A stretch of DNA of 64,000 nt from Setoptus koraiensis (GCA_048013815.1 CM106586.1:15810001-15874000); one strand, 5' to 3'. Counted from the stretch's first letter, positions 14,401 through 27,674 are shown. Program-made: numbers and translations. Notes: generated by a model from the letters alone, not told the origin.

Positions 14401-17400
14401 ATCCAGTTCATCATCTAGCAACTATAGTATGACTGCGGACGGTAACATGAGATCTATACCAGCTAATTATCAACATGATATCGGAAGGTTTCCCCCCCTA
14501 AGATGCGATGTGAACAAGTATTTTCGTCCACCAACCACTCTAATCCTCGATAGTCAAGCCATAAACCCATCCGCTGATGCCCACATTGTCTCCGCAATAA
14601 AGACTGATCAAGAATCTGCCACTCAACTGCAACCCAAACGTAGATTAAGTCAACAGGCCGATAGGATTCCAGTTTCACCATATTCTTCAGATGACGAAGA
14701 TGGAACATCATCCAGAATACCAAATTCGTCATCGGACGATTCCGGACCTGATGACTTCGACTTTGGTGCCCTTGATCCCGAAATACCCCCACATAATCCC
14801 GTTGTCGCTTCATCGTCTGAAAAAGATGAAGGCGTTCTCCTTAGATGCGCCACAATCGAGAAAGAAACAAGAGACTCTGTTTCTTCACAGAATCCCGGGG
14901 ACTCATTAAAGAAACAAACAAGTCAAGGTGATGAATGTGGCATGATACCAGGAAACAATCAGATCGCTTCTAGGATAAGTGTGGATTGTGAATCCACCGC
15001 TAGTGAGATCATCACTATAACAGAAAATCTACCAAGTTCAATGCAACTGACACAAGGGTCTGCTGATCAACAGAATCTTCAGCAGTCCATCCAAAGGACA
15101 AAGACTGTACCATTACCAGGAACAACATTCATTTCTGATCTTCGTGGGACTATCAACGAATCGATTAGAAATCCACAATCCTCTCAGAAGATCTCGTCTG
15201 CTCAAGAGAGGGCTAAAGCCACCATGACAAACATAATCAATAAGGCATCATCTCTCGGTGATTCTCATTTCAAACGAACCGGATCTGTCACAAAAGATCA
15301 GTCGCAATCACAAGGCCAAACCCCTCCACCACCAGCTTCTAGTTTAGCATCGTCTTTTTCGAAGACTCCCTCTCCCACTGCATTTAATAGTGGGGGAAGC
15401 GCAGGATCAGGGTCTCTTATTGATAGATTCACATCGGAGGCTAGAGATGCTGTCAGGGAAGCTAAAGCAGCAGCCATCGATGCAGGCAAAAATGCTATCA
15501 GAGTCACAAAACCAGCAGCCGATGTTGGCCGACAGAAACTTCTGCGCAACCTGCAAGCTTTAAGTGATCCCATGAAAGATACAGCGAGAGAGATTCTTCG
15601 CAGCCGGGAAGACTCTATAGATAGTGCTCTAGTCAACCCTGAGTCGGAACCGACGACTTCAGCGTCCATCGAACGAATGTCAAGTAATGCAAGTAGTGGC
15701 ATGTCGAGCGATTTGAATGGATTGGCTGACAAGGCGAACAACATGTTCAATGAATGGTTCGGATCGAAGGCTAGCGGTTTTGCCAAACAGGTCAAAGATC
15801 GCACGAAACCTTTTGGCCCTTTTCCAACGAGTAAGATACATCAGTTTGAGATTGATTCATATTGTTTTCTTTAACTTATGGTTTATGTTTTATTATAATT
15901 TATATGATTTTGCCATTTTAATTTATCCTTTAATTTATTATTTTGAAACTTTAGACAACCGAAGATCATCCATTGCCACCAGCATACTTTTTCATCGCAA
16001 AACCTCATTAGCGAACCATTCCCGCTTCGCGCCCCTAGGTAGAATTAAAAGTCTTGATGTTAATGAGTACAACGACGATTTTGATTTCCTTGCAGGTCAT
16101 AAGTTAGTTCAGAAAACACACCTGATCAAACATTCAGCTGGCCACAGTGAACCACAGGAGCCTGTAACACCATTGCGCAATGCCACTGGCGATGGGTAAG
16201 ACTAAAGTTACATCACAAAAATATAGGAGAACAAAAAAAATGAACTCTAACTGATGAACTGTTCCTTTTGTTTTGTTTTACACTCCAGTGATAATCAACA
16301 ATTCCTGAAGCAAGTAATCGAGGGAGTTTTACATGGAGATGGGGTTGGTTGGCTCAAGCTGAATAAAGTCAAAAAGCTTATGGAAGATGAGAATTATCGA
16401 AATTTCATGATATCTAAAGTGAATAGGAATTTGGAAAATAGAATAAGGCCTGATGATCGCATTGGAGATGTTTGTATTATAAAACCAGTTTGGCGGGGAA
16501 TGCTTCGATTGTGTCTGGCAATGATATCCGGTTTAGAGCAGAGCTACATGCACAATAAACTTGTTGGAATGGCCAGTGTATTTTCGATTCTTGAAGTTGC
16601 ATACACTCACTATTGGACGAGAGAGCCGGCATCTACTCCGAGCTGTGCCACCGCAACAGGAACTGGTAGCACAAATCACAGTCGTAGACCTACTATCAGC
16701 TCAATATCAACTAATGACTTGGATGACGCTCAGTCAATTACGAGCGATTCCCTAGACGTTCGAGCGTCTTCAGCAGGCGGTGTGGAAATGGGCGAGAACA
16801 GATCATACCCGTGCAATCTAAGTGTCGGCACGATGGATTCTGGCGCCAGTTCCCCTTTCGGAAGTAATGAGGACATTGTACAGCGAAACCAGAATCAACA
16901 AATCAACCCGAACAACCCTTTCATAACTCAGCCAAGGAATAGTTACCAATTTGTACCACGTGCATCGTCTGCGCAAGCTAATCCTGGGAAAAACTACAAT
17001 GTCGATAGGCTAGCAACCGATCAAAACGGATTCAATCATGCTGACGACCAAAACCTTATATCGCCCTCAAATGCATCTGGTGCTAGTGGTAGTAGCGAAA
17101 ACATTGTTCAACCAGCCGAGTCCGAGAGACCGCTTGATTTGACCAGATTGCCAAGTACAGAGTCTGAGCTATCAGAGCTTAGTGCACCGGCTATTATGAA
17201 TCATGATCGTACAGGCACCAACCAATTGAATGTTTCTTCAACTTACGCTCAACTTTCCGAATCAGCGGCATCGGCACTGTCTATTTTAGTTAACCAGAGG
17301 GCAGCTAGCAGTGGTCAGGATACACCTATAACTGCCAGTTCCTCTCCTAGACCAAGTATTGACCATATACCATCTCTGGGACTCTTGGATGAGCACGCAT

Positions 17401-20400
17401 CTAATATTGGTTCTCCGACAAAACAGTTATGGACACCTAAGCAAGGCTTACCAAAGATGACACAGGCAACATTAACTAGTGGCGTCACATTGGCCTCTCC
17501 CAATGACAGTCCAAGAGTTTACTTGTACCAAGGACTCTTGAATAAGGAACGTAGTCTTCTGTGGGATCAGATGCAGTTCTGGGAAGAAGCATTTTTAGAT
17601 GCTGTGTCTCATGAGAGAGAACTAACTGGTATGGATCAAGGACCTGGAGAAATGCTAGAAAGATATAAGTTATTATATGAAATGGATAAAAAGAGATTGG
17701 AACACGAAGAGGACCGGCTTCTATCTACTCTCTTATACAATATGATTGCTTTCATGGTCATGTTGGGTGTTGAAAAGCAGCACATAAAACAAAAAATTCG
17801 CCGCCTATTGGGCAAGTGCCACATCGGGCTAGTTAATAGCGCGGAGATAAATCAATTACTTGAACAAATCGAGTCACTGCAAGGCAATGATATAGATCTC
17901 AAACCTCTGGCCAGTCGTCAAATACACAGGCAAACATTTACATTGCATCAGGGCACAGATGCCACAGGTGATATATTATTCATGGAAGTTAGAGATGATG
18001 GACTTATTTTGCGCAGTATCAATGGCACGATTGTCGAGCGCTGGTGGTATGAGAGATTGATAAACATGACTTATAGCCCGAGTAATAAGGTGGTTTGTCT
18101 TTGGAGAAAATCTGGTGGCCAGACACAATTGAACAAGTACTATACGAGAAGATGCAAGGAACTGTATAATTGTATTCAAGAGGCTATGCAGCACGCTGCC
18201 GATAAATCCCTAGGATTGAACAGAGGTATTTAGCATTATGATAATGACTATTATATCAACTAACTGCCAAATCGTAAACTCATTGTTAATCTTCACCTGA
18301 ATTTTTCATCAACCAATCACCTACTCTGACAAAAAAAAAACAAAAATATAAGTTGGAACCGAGCTAGGTGGTGAATTTCCTGTTCAAGACATGAGAACTG
18401 GCGAAGGAGGTATTCTGCAAGTTTGCATGGAGGGCGTCGGATTGCTGTTTGCCACTAGCAAGGTAAAATCTGAGTCTCCATCAGTATCTACTCTCAAAGA
18501 TCAATTCTAGAACTCCTTAATCTTATATTCTTGAACCCAGTGAAAATTCTTGCGAGTATCGATGAATACTTAGAATACTATGGTGCTCATTGAAGTATGA
18601 ATTCTATACAACAGAACGGCGTCCTCCTAAATAACCTTTTAAATTAACTAATTCACCCAAATGAATCCAGTTCTTATTCAGCAATCCCTAACTTTCACCT
18701 GATTACTCTGGATATTCAATCTCAGCCCTAGAACCTCTATCTGACTCTGAAACATCCACATTCTTGACCACCTAAAGTCACCCCGCCTAGTTTGTACCTA
18801 ATTCCCTAAATGCTCTGCTCGAGCTAGCGAATCCCAAGTGGTCATTATTTATCCTCGAAAAAGTCCTCTGCTTCAGGTCTCTTTGTTATTTGCATTATTT
18901 TTCATAATACCACCATCATCATCTCCAAACAATATGATTAACAAACAAAAATTGTGATTGTTAACAAGATCACTCAAATTGATATAATCTATTCTATCTA
19001 CTATCGATACATATATGCAAACGCTAACTCATTCAAATCGTCGGTTCAATCTAAACAACACAAATGATAACAGGATTTTGAGGTACTTGGTATATCCTTT
19101 GAAGTGTTACTGCTGTTTGTCCTTATCCTAATTAGTTCGATATAACCTGATATAGTTTCACTAGAAAGAACGACACTTTAAAGTTTCAGTTTTTACCTTA
19201 ACATTGCATCTTATAAGTTAAACGGAGATCTAAGAGAGACCATTCTATAAGTTGACAGCAAGAAGAGATAAACGATTTGAATTTCAGTATCAAATGATTT
19301 ACGTTGTTTTAGAATTGAAACTCGATAGAAGGTGGCCACACTGAGTCACCTTTCTTCTAGAGTTTAACCCTTTATCTGATTTGAGACGGAAAAATGACAT
19401 TATCAGGAATTATTAGAAATTTCGATATAAATAAGTGACATGAGATAGATAATAATTTCTGTACTCTCTGATTGCTCTACATAGAGTAAAACCTTTAAAA
19501 CTTGTAGATAGCCCACACAGAAGTTCCTAACTTATGCCAATCTGTCACACAATTCAGCATACATATATCCATATACATATATATTTATATGGATAGATGT
19601 ATATTTAGTTTAGTAGAGAGCTAGTTCCAACAACTAGACAAATTCATTTTATGACCCCGAAAATGAATCGAATGTAGATAACAAGTAGATATGATCACAT
19701 ATTCCTAGAGTTGATCATGGTAATATTAGAAAATAATGCTAACAAAACCATTGAGACTTTTGTTATATATTTATATATGTGTATTAGCATACACTTTCAT
19801 ATATAGATATATAATTAATCATGGCATGCGCCACCTCCTCAAGCACCACATACCATTTTGTTCTTTATTAGATAATACAGCTCTTTGATTGTAATCAATT
19901 AATTGGAAGCACAAGTGACTGCAATACTCGGGCCCTCTAGATCCTCCGCATGCAAGAGATCTAATGCCAGTTGACTGAACAACTTTGTTTAGGCCGACCT
20001 GTGATTGACGAAGCATGAAATCCCTTTTATCTTTTTGTTTTGACGAATTTTATCCAACAAGCTTGTATAATGATCATATGCATTAATTTTAGCAATCTAC
20101 GCAAACTGTGTCTCTTCTCAAGCTGTCAATTTTATATTCGGTCGTTTCTTTATTCCCCAACCCTTCCCTCGTGACAAACTAATCCAAAATGTAGTTTGAT
20201 ACCTTACTAATACTTATCATTCGCACATGTGCAACTTGTACAAAATTTATCTATCATCACAATAGTTCTTTGTCAGACTGGATAACATAAGAAAGTGTTT
20301 CACCCAAAAAGGTGGAACATTTGTTTTGGAGGAATTCAGTAAGTTGCTACTCCGAAGCGAGACACACCAGATAGTACTTGAATCAACTATTTATAACGTC

Positions 20401-20610
20401 TTCGTTCTATCATTATTTTGCTATCCAGACCCCAAAACAAGACTGCTAACTCAAAGAAGGTATCGATCTCAAATGGCGGATCAAATTTGTTATTCAGTCC
20501 TGTGCGTTTTCTCATACGTTGCTGCTGGACAAAATAAGAGCAATACCCAACAAAACAATCAGCCACAAAGGCCTCATTCGCAGCCGGTAACCACTGAACA
20601 AGGAAATTGA
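11466..20610 (+). CDS. MADD: MAP kinase-activating death domain protein / Rab3 GDP-GTP exchange factor (DENN domains), ~2186 aa (2214 with optional exon)
   Basis: uDENN/cDENN/dDENN-type motifs: [102 protein letters not shown]-terminal motifs: [66 protein letters not shown] exons: 11466-12692, 12795-13085, 13190-15830, (optional 15955-16038), 16096-16195, 16289-18225, 18353-18462, 20266-20338, 20429-20610. Phases are consistent; the total without the optional exon is 6561 nt, divisible by 3. Confidence 0.96.
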
Positions 20611-20820
20611 TATTATGGTTCATCTTAGCTTTAATTTGTTGATAACGTTCAGCTGCAATGAAGATGTTTACTGGGAAAAGTTCAAATGTTATCATTGAGC
20701 AGGATAGAAAATTACCACATATACGAGATGCTTGCAGATAGAATGATGCGAAACGTCATTCAGCTTTCATGATGTGAATATTGTACTTTGCTCATAGATT
20801 TTGTTATTACATCATTATAG

Positions 20821-20826
20821 AATAAA
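20821..20826 (+). promoter_or_regulatory. Probable polyadenylation signal of MADD
   Basis: First AATAAA seen after the MADD stop at 20610, about 210 nt downstream. Confidence 0.5.
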
Positions 20827-22954
20827 ATGAATAATACCAGAGTGAATTGTATTCAAGCTGACCCGTTCGATCATTTGATTTCGCACCATTTGATTTTTTG
20901 TGTGTGCATCGTTCAAAGTTTGTTAGTACATATATTGTTAGTCTACTATACATCCATACTCAAGCTGGATTCTCCGAGCGAGTATTAGATTTGCATTCAT
21001 GAAGTATCATGTTGTTGCTGGCTATTCACCCCCCAAAATGGAGCCGGCTAATGGGCCTCAGATATGTCTGCACGCCTGCTACAAGGAGCTTAGCATGTTA
21101 AAGCCAATGGCCCGGGCCAATTGTATTCAGTGTCCTTGGGTTACCTGATCTCTCGTTTAAACCATCCAAGTTGGAGATTTTGTTTCATCAATGAATGTTC
21201 TCTCTATCACGTTTCATCAGTTTTTACTTATCATCTCTCACTGTTTAAAAATACGCGTTTCCGATAAGCAACTATTAAGCATCCCATTCAAATCATTTTT
21301 GCAGCACAAGTAACTTTGCTTAGTATCAGCATAGTCATTCGTTGACTGCAAACAGAACCGCCTTGCAGTGAAAATAGCGGTAGAACTTGATCTAAAAGTG
21401 GACTAAGACGGTAGTTATAGTAGAATTCCAAGTGAATATAATATTAGTACTACTACTATTGCAATCTACGAATTCCTATTCTCTCTATTCCGGTATTGCC
21501 AGCTGCTGTAATTGCCATTCTTGCATATCGTGCTTTCAGCAGGCAACAAAAGTTGTTTGAAATAACAAGAAGTAAGCAAAGGAATAGCGTGTATCTCTGT
21601 CCTTGACTTCCTTGATTTGTTATTGTAGGTGTTAGGTGACCGGGTTTTAAAGTTGTTTGGCATGGTTAGAAGGCAAACTCATTATTAGTTCATTGATAGT
21701 TAGTGATAGCTGATAATAGAAATCAAAGGTTAGCTATGTTTTTGTGCTGTCAGAATCAATCATAGTATTTGCGTCATTTAGTTTGTTTACATTAATTCGA
21801 ATGTGTCGAAGTATTTCCATTCAAATATATGGCGATCTAGCTACTGATTGATCATCAATGATGCGTTCGCGTGCATCATTTATTATGTCTCAATTGTAAC
21901 CAGTAACGTCACAAAAGCTTCTCTTCACAAAAGGTTACATTGAAACACAAGTCTGATGCGAGCCACCAAGACAACAATTATTTAACAGTGATAACAGCAA
22001 CACCAGCGACTAGACAATTTGTCTGACAATCAAATAATAATAATTAATGATATGAAACTGACTTTCATTTTATCAATCATAACAATGCATGGACCCCTGC
22101 AGGCAGTGCTCCATTAGTAATGATCCGTCGAGTTGTTGGTTTCATCGCCAAAGAGAAACAACATTACAACATAAGGCTTAGACATTCTAGCCAATCAGCT
22201 ACTACTACTCATGTCACCCAATCAATGCCAATATATATCGCTGTATCTATTAAACAAAACCATTAAATCTATTTTTATCGTCTCACAGACCCCACATACA
22301 GTTTGGCCACCAGCCAATGCACACAGACACATACTGAATGCACCAGCGAAGCCAAAATATAACTCACAAGTAATAGAATATCGCCGACATATAGATATAT
22401 TAAACGAGAAGAAGTGGCTGCAGCGAAAGTAAGTAGCGATCCAACTACCACAATTATGCTTCTCTTTGTGTACGAGCATAGTGAGCTTCAGTCAAGTCCA
22501 CTAACCATTCCAATGTGGCCTATACTCTATTATCTAGTTGGACAACTAGACTGATCCGACCATCTTGTCAATGGCTTTTGAGACTTGATTTATCTTTGAT
22601 CTCATTTAGGTGATTCACCAGATTACTGCCACTCTCGCTAGTCACTTGCTCATTCGCTCGTTGGCTTGTTCGCTCATTCGCTTATTCGCGCTGTCCATCA
22701 ATTTATATCAAGTTACAATGATATATAACGGTTAGACTAACAACACTAGAGAACACTAACAGATTAGATTAGATAGCATGGTAGAGAACAAGCAAGAAAT
22801 CTGACGCAATCGATTAGATTCATCATAAGAGGAAGATAGCCTAAAGTCTCTTGTATTTTGGGTCGAAGCTTCTGTTTCCCATTGAGACTATAGAATGTTG
22901 ATCAGACTGACAATATTTCTTGGGTTGTAGCAAAACTATCACATCGATGATCAA

Positions 22955-23010
22955 TGGTGGTCATCGTTGATTCAACCTAGAGCCTATGGTTGAACCAACG
23001 ATGACCACCA
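22955..23010 (-). ncRNA. Candidate pre-miRNA-like hairpin (23-bp stem, 10-nt loop)
   Basis: TGGTGGTCATCGTTGATTCAACC (22955-22977) and GGTTGAACCAACGATGACCACCA (22988-23010) are reverse complements with one mismatch. That position is A-C on the + strand and G-U on the - strand. I recall no matching known miRNA. Confidence 0.4.
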
Positions 23011-23351
23011 CACGATACACATTTGCGTCGTGTCATAGTTGTCGACATTTCGACCATCTTGGTCATTAAATGTGTTTGTCTGCCCGTGCACAGTCCGAAC
23101 TATTATTAGCTCTTCAGTAATAAATCCGTTGCGTAACAATGAGCAAGAAGTTTATCAGTTTAAAAGATCTAAAAATGGCAATCAGTTTAGTAGTGTGTGT
23201 GCTAAACTGATACTAAACAACAAAATCATAATCAAATAAAGCGCTTTAATTATTATTAGTTATTATGCGTCCTTATCAGTTATAACACCATGTTAGAAAT
23301 AAAATGTTGACACTAGTATCGTGAAAATTATCGAGAGAGCTAGAGGGAGTC

Positions 23352-23385
<34 letters not shown>

Positions 23386-23910
23386 GGACGAAACAAACAA
23401 GCAAATAACTATGACTCACTAATATATATACACAACAAAATTTATCAAGATGTCTCTCTAGTTGTCACCATAGACTGGATATAGTTACGAATGTTGTTGA
23501 CTGTTGACGTTCGCGGTGGAAGTGGTTGTGTTGTGTATGTGACTGTGACTGTGTAGAATACTTGTCTCGCAACTGGATCATTTACCTACTATACAAACAA
23601 CAAATAGTGTCTGAATAACCTCCAATGAACTGATCGCCTACGATCATTATCTTACACGTCAGCCGCGTTGAATGCAACAAGCTAGATGGTAAGATGAGGA
23701 CCACTAGCTAGGACTGCATTCATATTTCACACATCCATTTGCTGGTAGCAACCGATACCACAGTTGTTCCATTTAACTCCATAGTTGGATAAAATTTATT
23801 TCTGTTCCACTGCTAGCACATTGAACTTCACATTATAAGTTACACCTAACTAAAGTATATACCTAAATCAACCACTGACCTGAACCAACTACACTCAGAC
23901 TATATCGAAA

Positions 23911-25014
23911 ATGGTAATCGTGACCAATAATGTGATCGACAGTGATACAGCAAGTTATTCCGATCACACAGACCAAAAGAGCCACACGTTCAATGATGGC
24001 ATGCTATGTCCGCACAATATTATTAGAGATGATCAATTAAAACAAGTGGATGATTTAAGGCAGATGTTCAAGGCCGAATTTGATGCCAACCCTGAACAAT
24101 ATGACAAACTTGATTATTCAAAAGTCATCGATAAGTCTCAACCGTGGCACTGTTGGAGACACTTGAATCAATATCAATTCAATAAGGAAAAGGCCTTTGA
24201 TAATATGAAAAACAGCTTGAAATGGCGAAAAGAAAACAATATCAATCACCTCAAGGATCATGATTTTGCTAAAGAATTTTGGCTTTTTGGTCCCATTATG
24301 CGATGTGGTCACAACAAAGATGGTAACTTGGTTGTCTATATGATTGGTTCCATGTTTAGGCCTCCTAAAGATAAAATGCGAAATCAATTCAAGCAATTTG
24401 TTTGCAACATACTAAATACTCACGATGATAAACTGTCCCCCAGAGAAAAAGTTGTTATAGTTTTTGATGATAGCAACACAACTATTATGAATTTTGATTT
24501 GGATCTAATGCGATGGGCGGTGAGTTGATTAGCGATATATCTAAACAGTCAAATTTTTTGCTTTCTGTCACGCAAGTGTCACTAATAGCAATACATAACA
24601 TATTGAACGTTTGTATTACAGGTGTCCATGATGAATTATTGGCCATCAAGGATTTATGCTGTTTATGTTATCGGTGTACCATTTATATTGCGTCCAGTTG
24701 TCAGAATGATTATTTCCTGGCTCTCAGAGGAATGGAGATCCCGAGTGTTTTGTGGTACATCTGAGGAGCTATTGTTGCCCAATATAGACACACAACAGTT
24801 ACCCACGTATCTCAGAGGTTCTATGGACGAGAGAGTTTGTAGAATGGCACCACCGGAAGCGCGATGGGCGAAGGATATGAAAGAATTTCAAGATGCGCAA
24901 TCGATGAAACATTTGGAACATTTTCTGGGCTATTATTTGGCGCCTCAACAAAAGGAGGAGATGCAATCGTTGCAGATTGAACACGATAACAAAATGTCAT
25001 CTATATCCAATTGA
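23911..25014 (+). CDS. CRAL-TRIO (Sec14-like) lipid-binding protein, MOSPD2 N-terminal-like, no MSP domain, ~333 aa
   Basis: CRAL-TRIO-N motif WRHLNQYQFNKEKAFDNMKNSLKWRKENNIN, then VVIVFDDSNTTIMNFDLDLMRW and NYWPSRIYAVYVIGVPFILRPVVRMIISWL...LPTYLRG. Exons 23911-24519 and 24622-25014 with a 102-nt GTGAGT..ACAG intron. AATAAA at 25112. Confidence 0.88.
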
Positions 25015-25330
25015 CAACGGTGAGAGATAAAAGTGTCAAAGATTAAATTGACACAACAAACAAACAACAACAGCTGCTGCGAAAAGTGGGCAAATCTGCC
25101 GATGTTACACTAATAAAAGCACTCATGTTTCGCAATCAATTGCACATTCATTTTTTTATCGTGCTAGTGTCAGGTTGACAGTAACTTGACAAGTTGTCTG
25201 TTTACCTACAACTTACAACTTGACAAGTTGAACTTGTTAGTAAAGATCACCTAGCTTACCTTGCTAGTGGCGTGGACGCCAGGCACCTGGCGGAAAACAA
25301 AAAAACAAAAAAAAATCAATCAAGTTTGAA

Positions 25331-25460
25331 TTTGGCGCCTGTCGCAAGAGTGCACGAGATGGCGAATTCAGCTCGTGCAGAGTTTGTCCAGAATGCAGGG
25401 CGTGTGTGCGTAGTTTAAAGGGACTGCAGTCTGCAGACAAAGAAATTGTGTGGCGCCAAA
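25331..25460. promoter_or_regulatory. Two E2F-consensus sites upstream of Cdt1
   Basis: TTTGGCGC at 25331-25338 and its reverse complement GCGCCAAA at 25453-25460, 600-700 nt upstream of the Cdt1 ATG. Cdt1 is an established E2F target, but the motif also occurs elsewhere in the window. Confidence 0.4.
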
Positions 25461-26056
25461 AGAGCGATAGGCTTTGTTGGAAGCGGCGAGGGGGGAAAGG
25501 ACAATACCAGTTCGCTACTTCAGCACTGCGGGACGCCACAGTGTAGCCACTACAGGCCCGAAGTAGCAGCAACAATGTTTTGTTTTGGTTTGTGTCATGA
25601 TATAATGATAAATCTTGTTGTTTTTATTTTATTATTTTTTAATATCAGCTCGTCATTATTAGTATCGGCATCTGAGTGACAGGCACACGGACGGACTCAC
25701 TCGTTCACACAGTAGACATTTTATAACAACAGCAATAACAATGATTAACATCGAGCCGTTCATTGTTTCATTGTTGGCTTATTTGTAGATACAATTATTT
25801 TAATTCTATTAATTATCAGGACCGCTTGACAACGATAGTTTTATCCGCTTTTAACGCCGTCCCCCCCCAACCAGCACCAGCAACCAATACGACAAGAGCG
25901 ACAATTGCATTTCGACACCGTGACATATCATAGCTGATTCACACACCGTAGCGATCCCATCGCCCAACCAATAACCAACAACCGACGACTTGACCACGCA
26001 AGACTAGTCCGCGTTCTATCGCGAGACCCCTTGGCACTACCCAAGACACACGCACC

Positions 26057-27445
26057 ATGGCCGACAGTAGCAAGAGGGCCGATGGCACGCTGAACAATTA
26101 TTTCGAATTGAGACGCAGAGCCACGCCAATATCAAATGGATTAAAGAATAAATTGGCGCTGGCCACCGGCGAGCAGCAGCAGCAGCTCAGAGTGGTGAGC
26201 ACACCGAAGAAGCGCACCGAACCCATTGTGCCTCCCAGGGAGGCTGCCCGTAATAAGGCCGAGCCGTGTGTGACGCCCGTCAAAACCAAAGTTGGCCCCA
26301 CTTTGCCCCTGACGCCCACCAAGCGAGTCAGGCGGCTCGCGCCGGACAAAGGCACCGCGCACTTGCCCGACAACTATGCCTCACTGTTGGACCTGTTCAG
26401 TGCCTTTGATCATTTGGTGGCCATCATACAGAACAGACGCGACGATTGCACGTTCACACGACTCAGAAATTGTATAGAGCGACAAACTAAGAAGGCCTTC
26501 AATTTGGTGCGACTGTCGCAAATCATGACCGTCCTGCCGCAAGCCTATCATCTCAGGTATGATGATAGCAAATCGGACAACAGACCGCTCATGGAGCGAC
26601 AATCGCCAACAGGACGACTTGCCACTTACAAGCTAGTTGTTGAGATCAAAGTGGACGACAATCAAGTGAGGCCCAGGCACCTGGAGGAGCGCAGAAATCT
26701 CTTCAAGGAGAAACTAGAAGAGCTGGCTGCAAATAAACCCGAAAAGGATCCGCTTACCAACCCCGAGCCGCTAGAGATAGAAGGCTATCAACAGGTCGCC
26801 TTCACCGCGCGTCGAAAGCTCAATTTCGATAACTTACTCAGAAATGACATCAATCACAATGAGATACAACCGACTAATAATAACGCTACTACAACAACAA
26901 CTACTACTACTACTACTGCCAAAGCTAAATCATCGGTGGCTAAAGCCCTATTTACACCGCCCACCACCCCAATCAAATCCTCATCAGATCCAATCGTTAC
27001 ACCTATCAAATCAACTACGACAGCTACAAATGACAAGCTGTTACCATCACCCAAAAAGATCTCAACTGGACCACTGAAAGGTGTATCTTGCACGCTCCTA
27101 GATAGGATCAGACTAAAAGAATACGAAGTAAATAATAGTGAGCAAATGAGGAAAAAAGAACTTTTAGCTACATTGCCCGAACTCTCGCGAACCATACACA
27201 CTTTTTTTACCAGTGAAAAGAAAGAATGCCTACCATTCGACAAAGTAGTCAATAGATGCGTGACTAGCTCTACAATGTCTGTGACAGCTACGACTATTTG
27301 TGAATCAATCGATTTATTATTGGAAATTGTACCCAAATGGATTTCCACCATCAAAATATCTAGGGGTCGTTACATGCGTATCAATCGCACACTCAATCTC
27401 ACTTATGTGCACGAGACCATCTCAAATTTTAAAATCGAATCTTGA
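26057..27445 (+). CDS. CDT1: DNA replication licensing factor Cdt1 (double parked), intronless, 462 aa
   Basis: N-terminal PIP-degron-like LNNYFELRRR, Cy (RRL) motif and many S/T-P sites. Geminin-binding domain HLPDNYASLLDLFSAFDHLVAIIQNR..CTFTRLR..F...RLSQI. C-terminal MCM-binding winged helix LPELSRTIHTFFTSEKK..LLLEIVPKWI..YMRIN. Confidence 0.93.
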   Translation: MADSSKRADGTLNNYFELRRRATPISNGLKNKLALATGEQQQQLRVVSTPKKRTEPIVPPREAARNKAEPCVTPVKTKVGPTLPLTPTKRVRRLAPDKGTAHLPDNYASLLDLFSAFDHLVAIIQNRRDDCTFTRLRNCIERQTKKAFNLVRLSQIMTVLPQAYHLRYDDSKSDNRPLMERQSPTGRLATYKLVVEIKVDDNQVRPRHLEERRNLFKEKLEELAANKPEKDPLTNPEPLEIEGYQQVAFTARRKLNFDNLLRNDINHNEIQPTNNNATTTTTTTTTTAKAKSSVAKALFTPPTTPIKSSSDPIVTPIKSTTTATNDKLLPSPKKISTGPLKGVSCTLLDRIRLKEYEVNNSEQMRKKELLATLPELSRTIHTFFTSEKKECLPFDKVVNRCVTSSTMSVTATTICESIDLLLEIVPKWISTIKISRGRYMRINRTLNLTYVHETISNFKIES

Positions 27446-27674
27446 ATTGTTTTATTTATTATCACTTTTGTGCACTATAGATGTTGAGACATAGATTTGC
27501 ACCCTCAAATCGACAAAATTGTATTGAAAAAACTAACAGCTGGACATAGAGTAAATACTAATGATGCTATATACAACTCATGATACCGATTTCCTTTCGC
27601 GTTTCCTTTCCAGGCGTTTTATTAATTTATTAATTATGATAAAAGTAACAAGTTTATATTTTATGTTTAGTCAT

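Noticed and set aside
13411-15804. Long minus-strand ORFs inside MADD (also inside Cdt1 and MOV10)
   Set aside because: Antisense shadow frames of real coding sequence with no independent motifs.
15717-16199. 160-aa ORF as an independent gene
   Set aside because: It is MADD intron sequence plus the optional exon and the next exon read in one frame.
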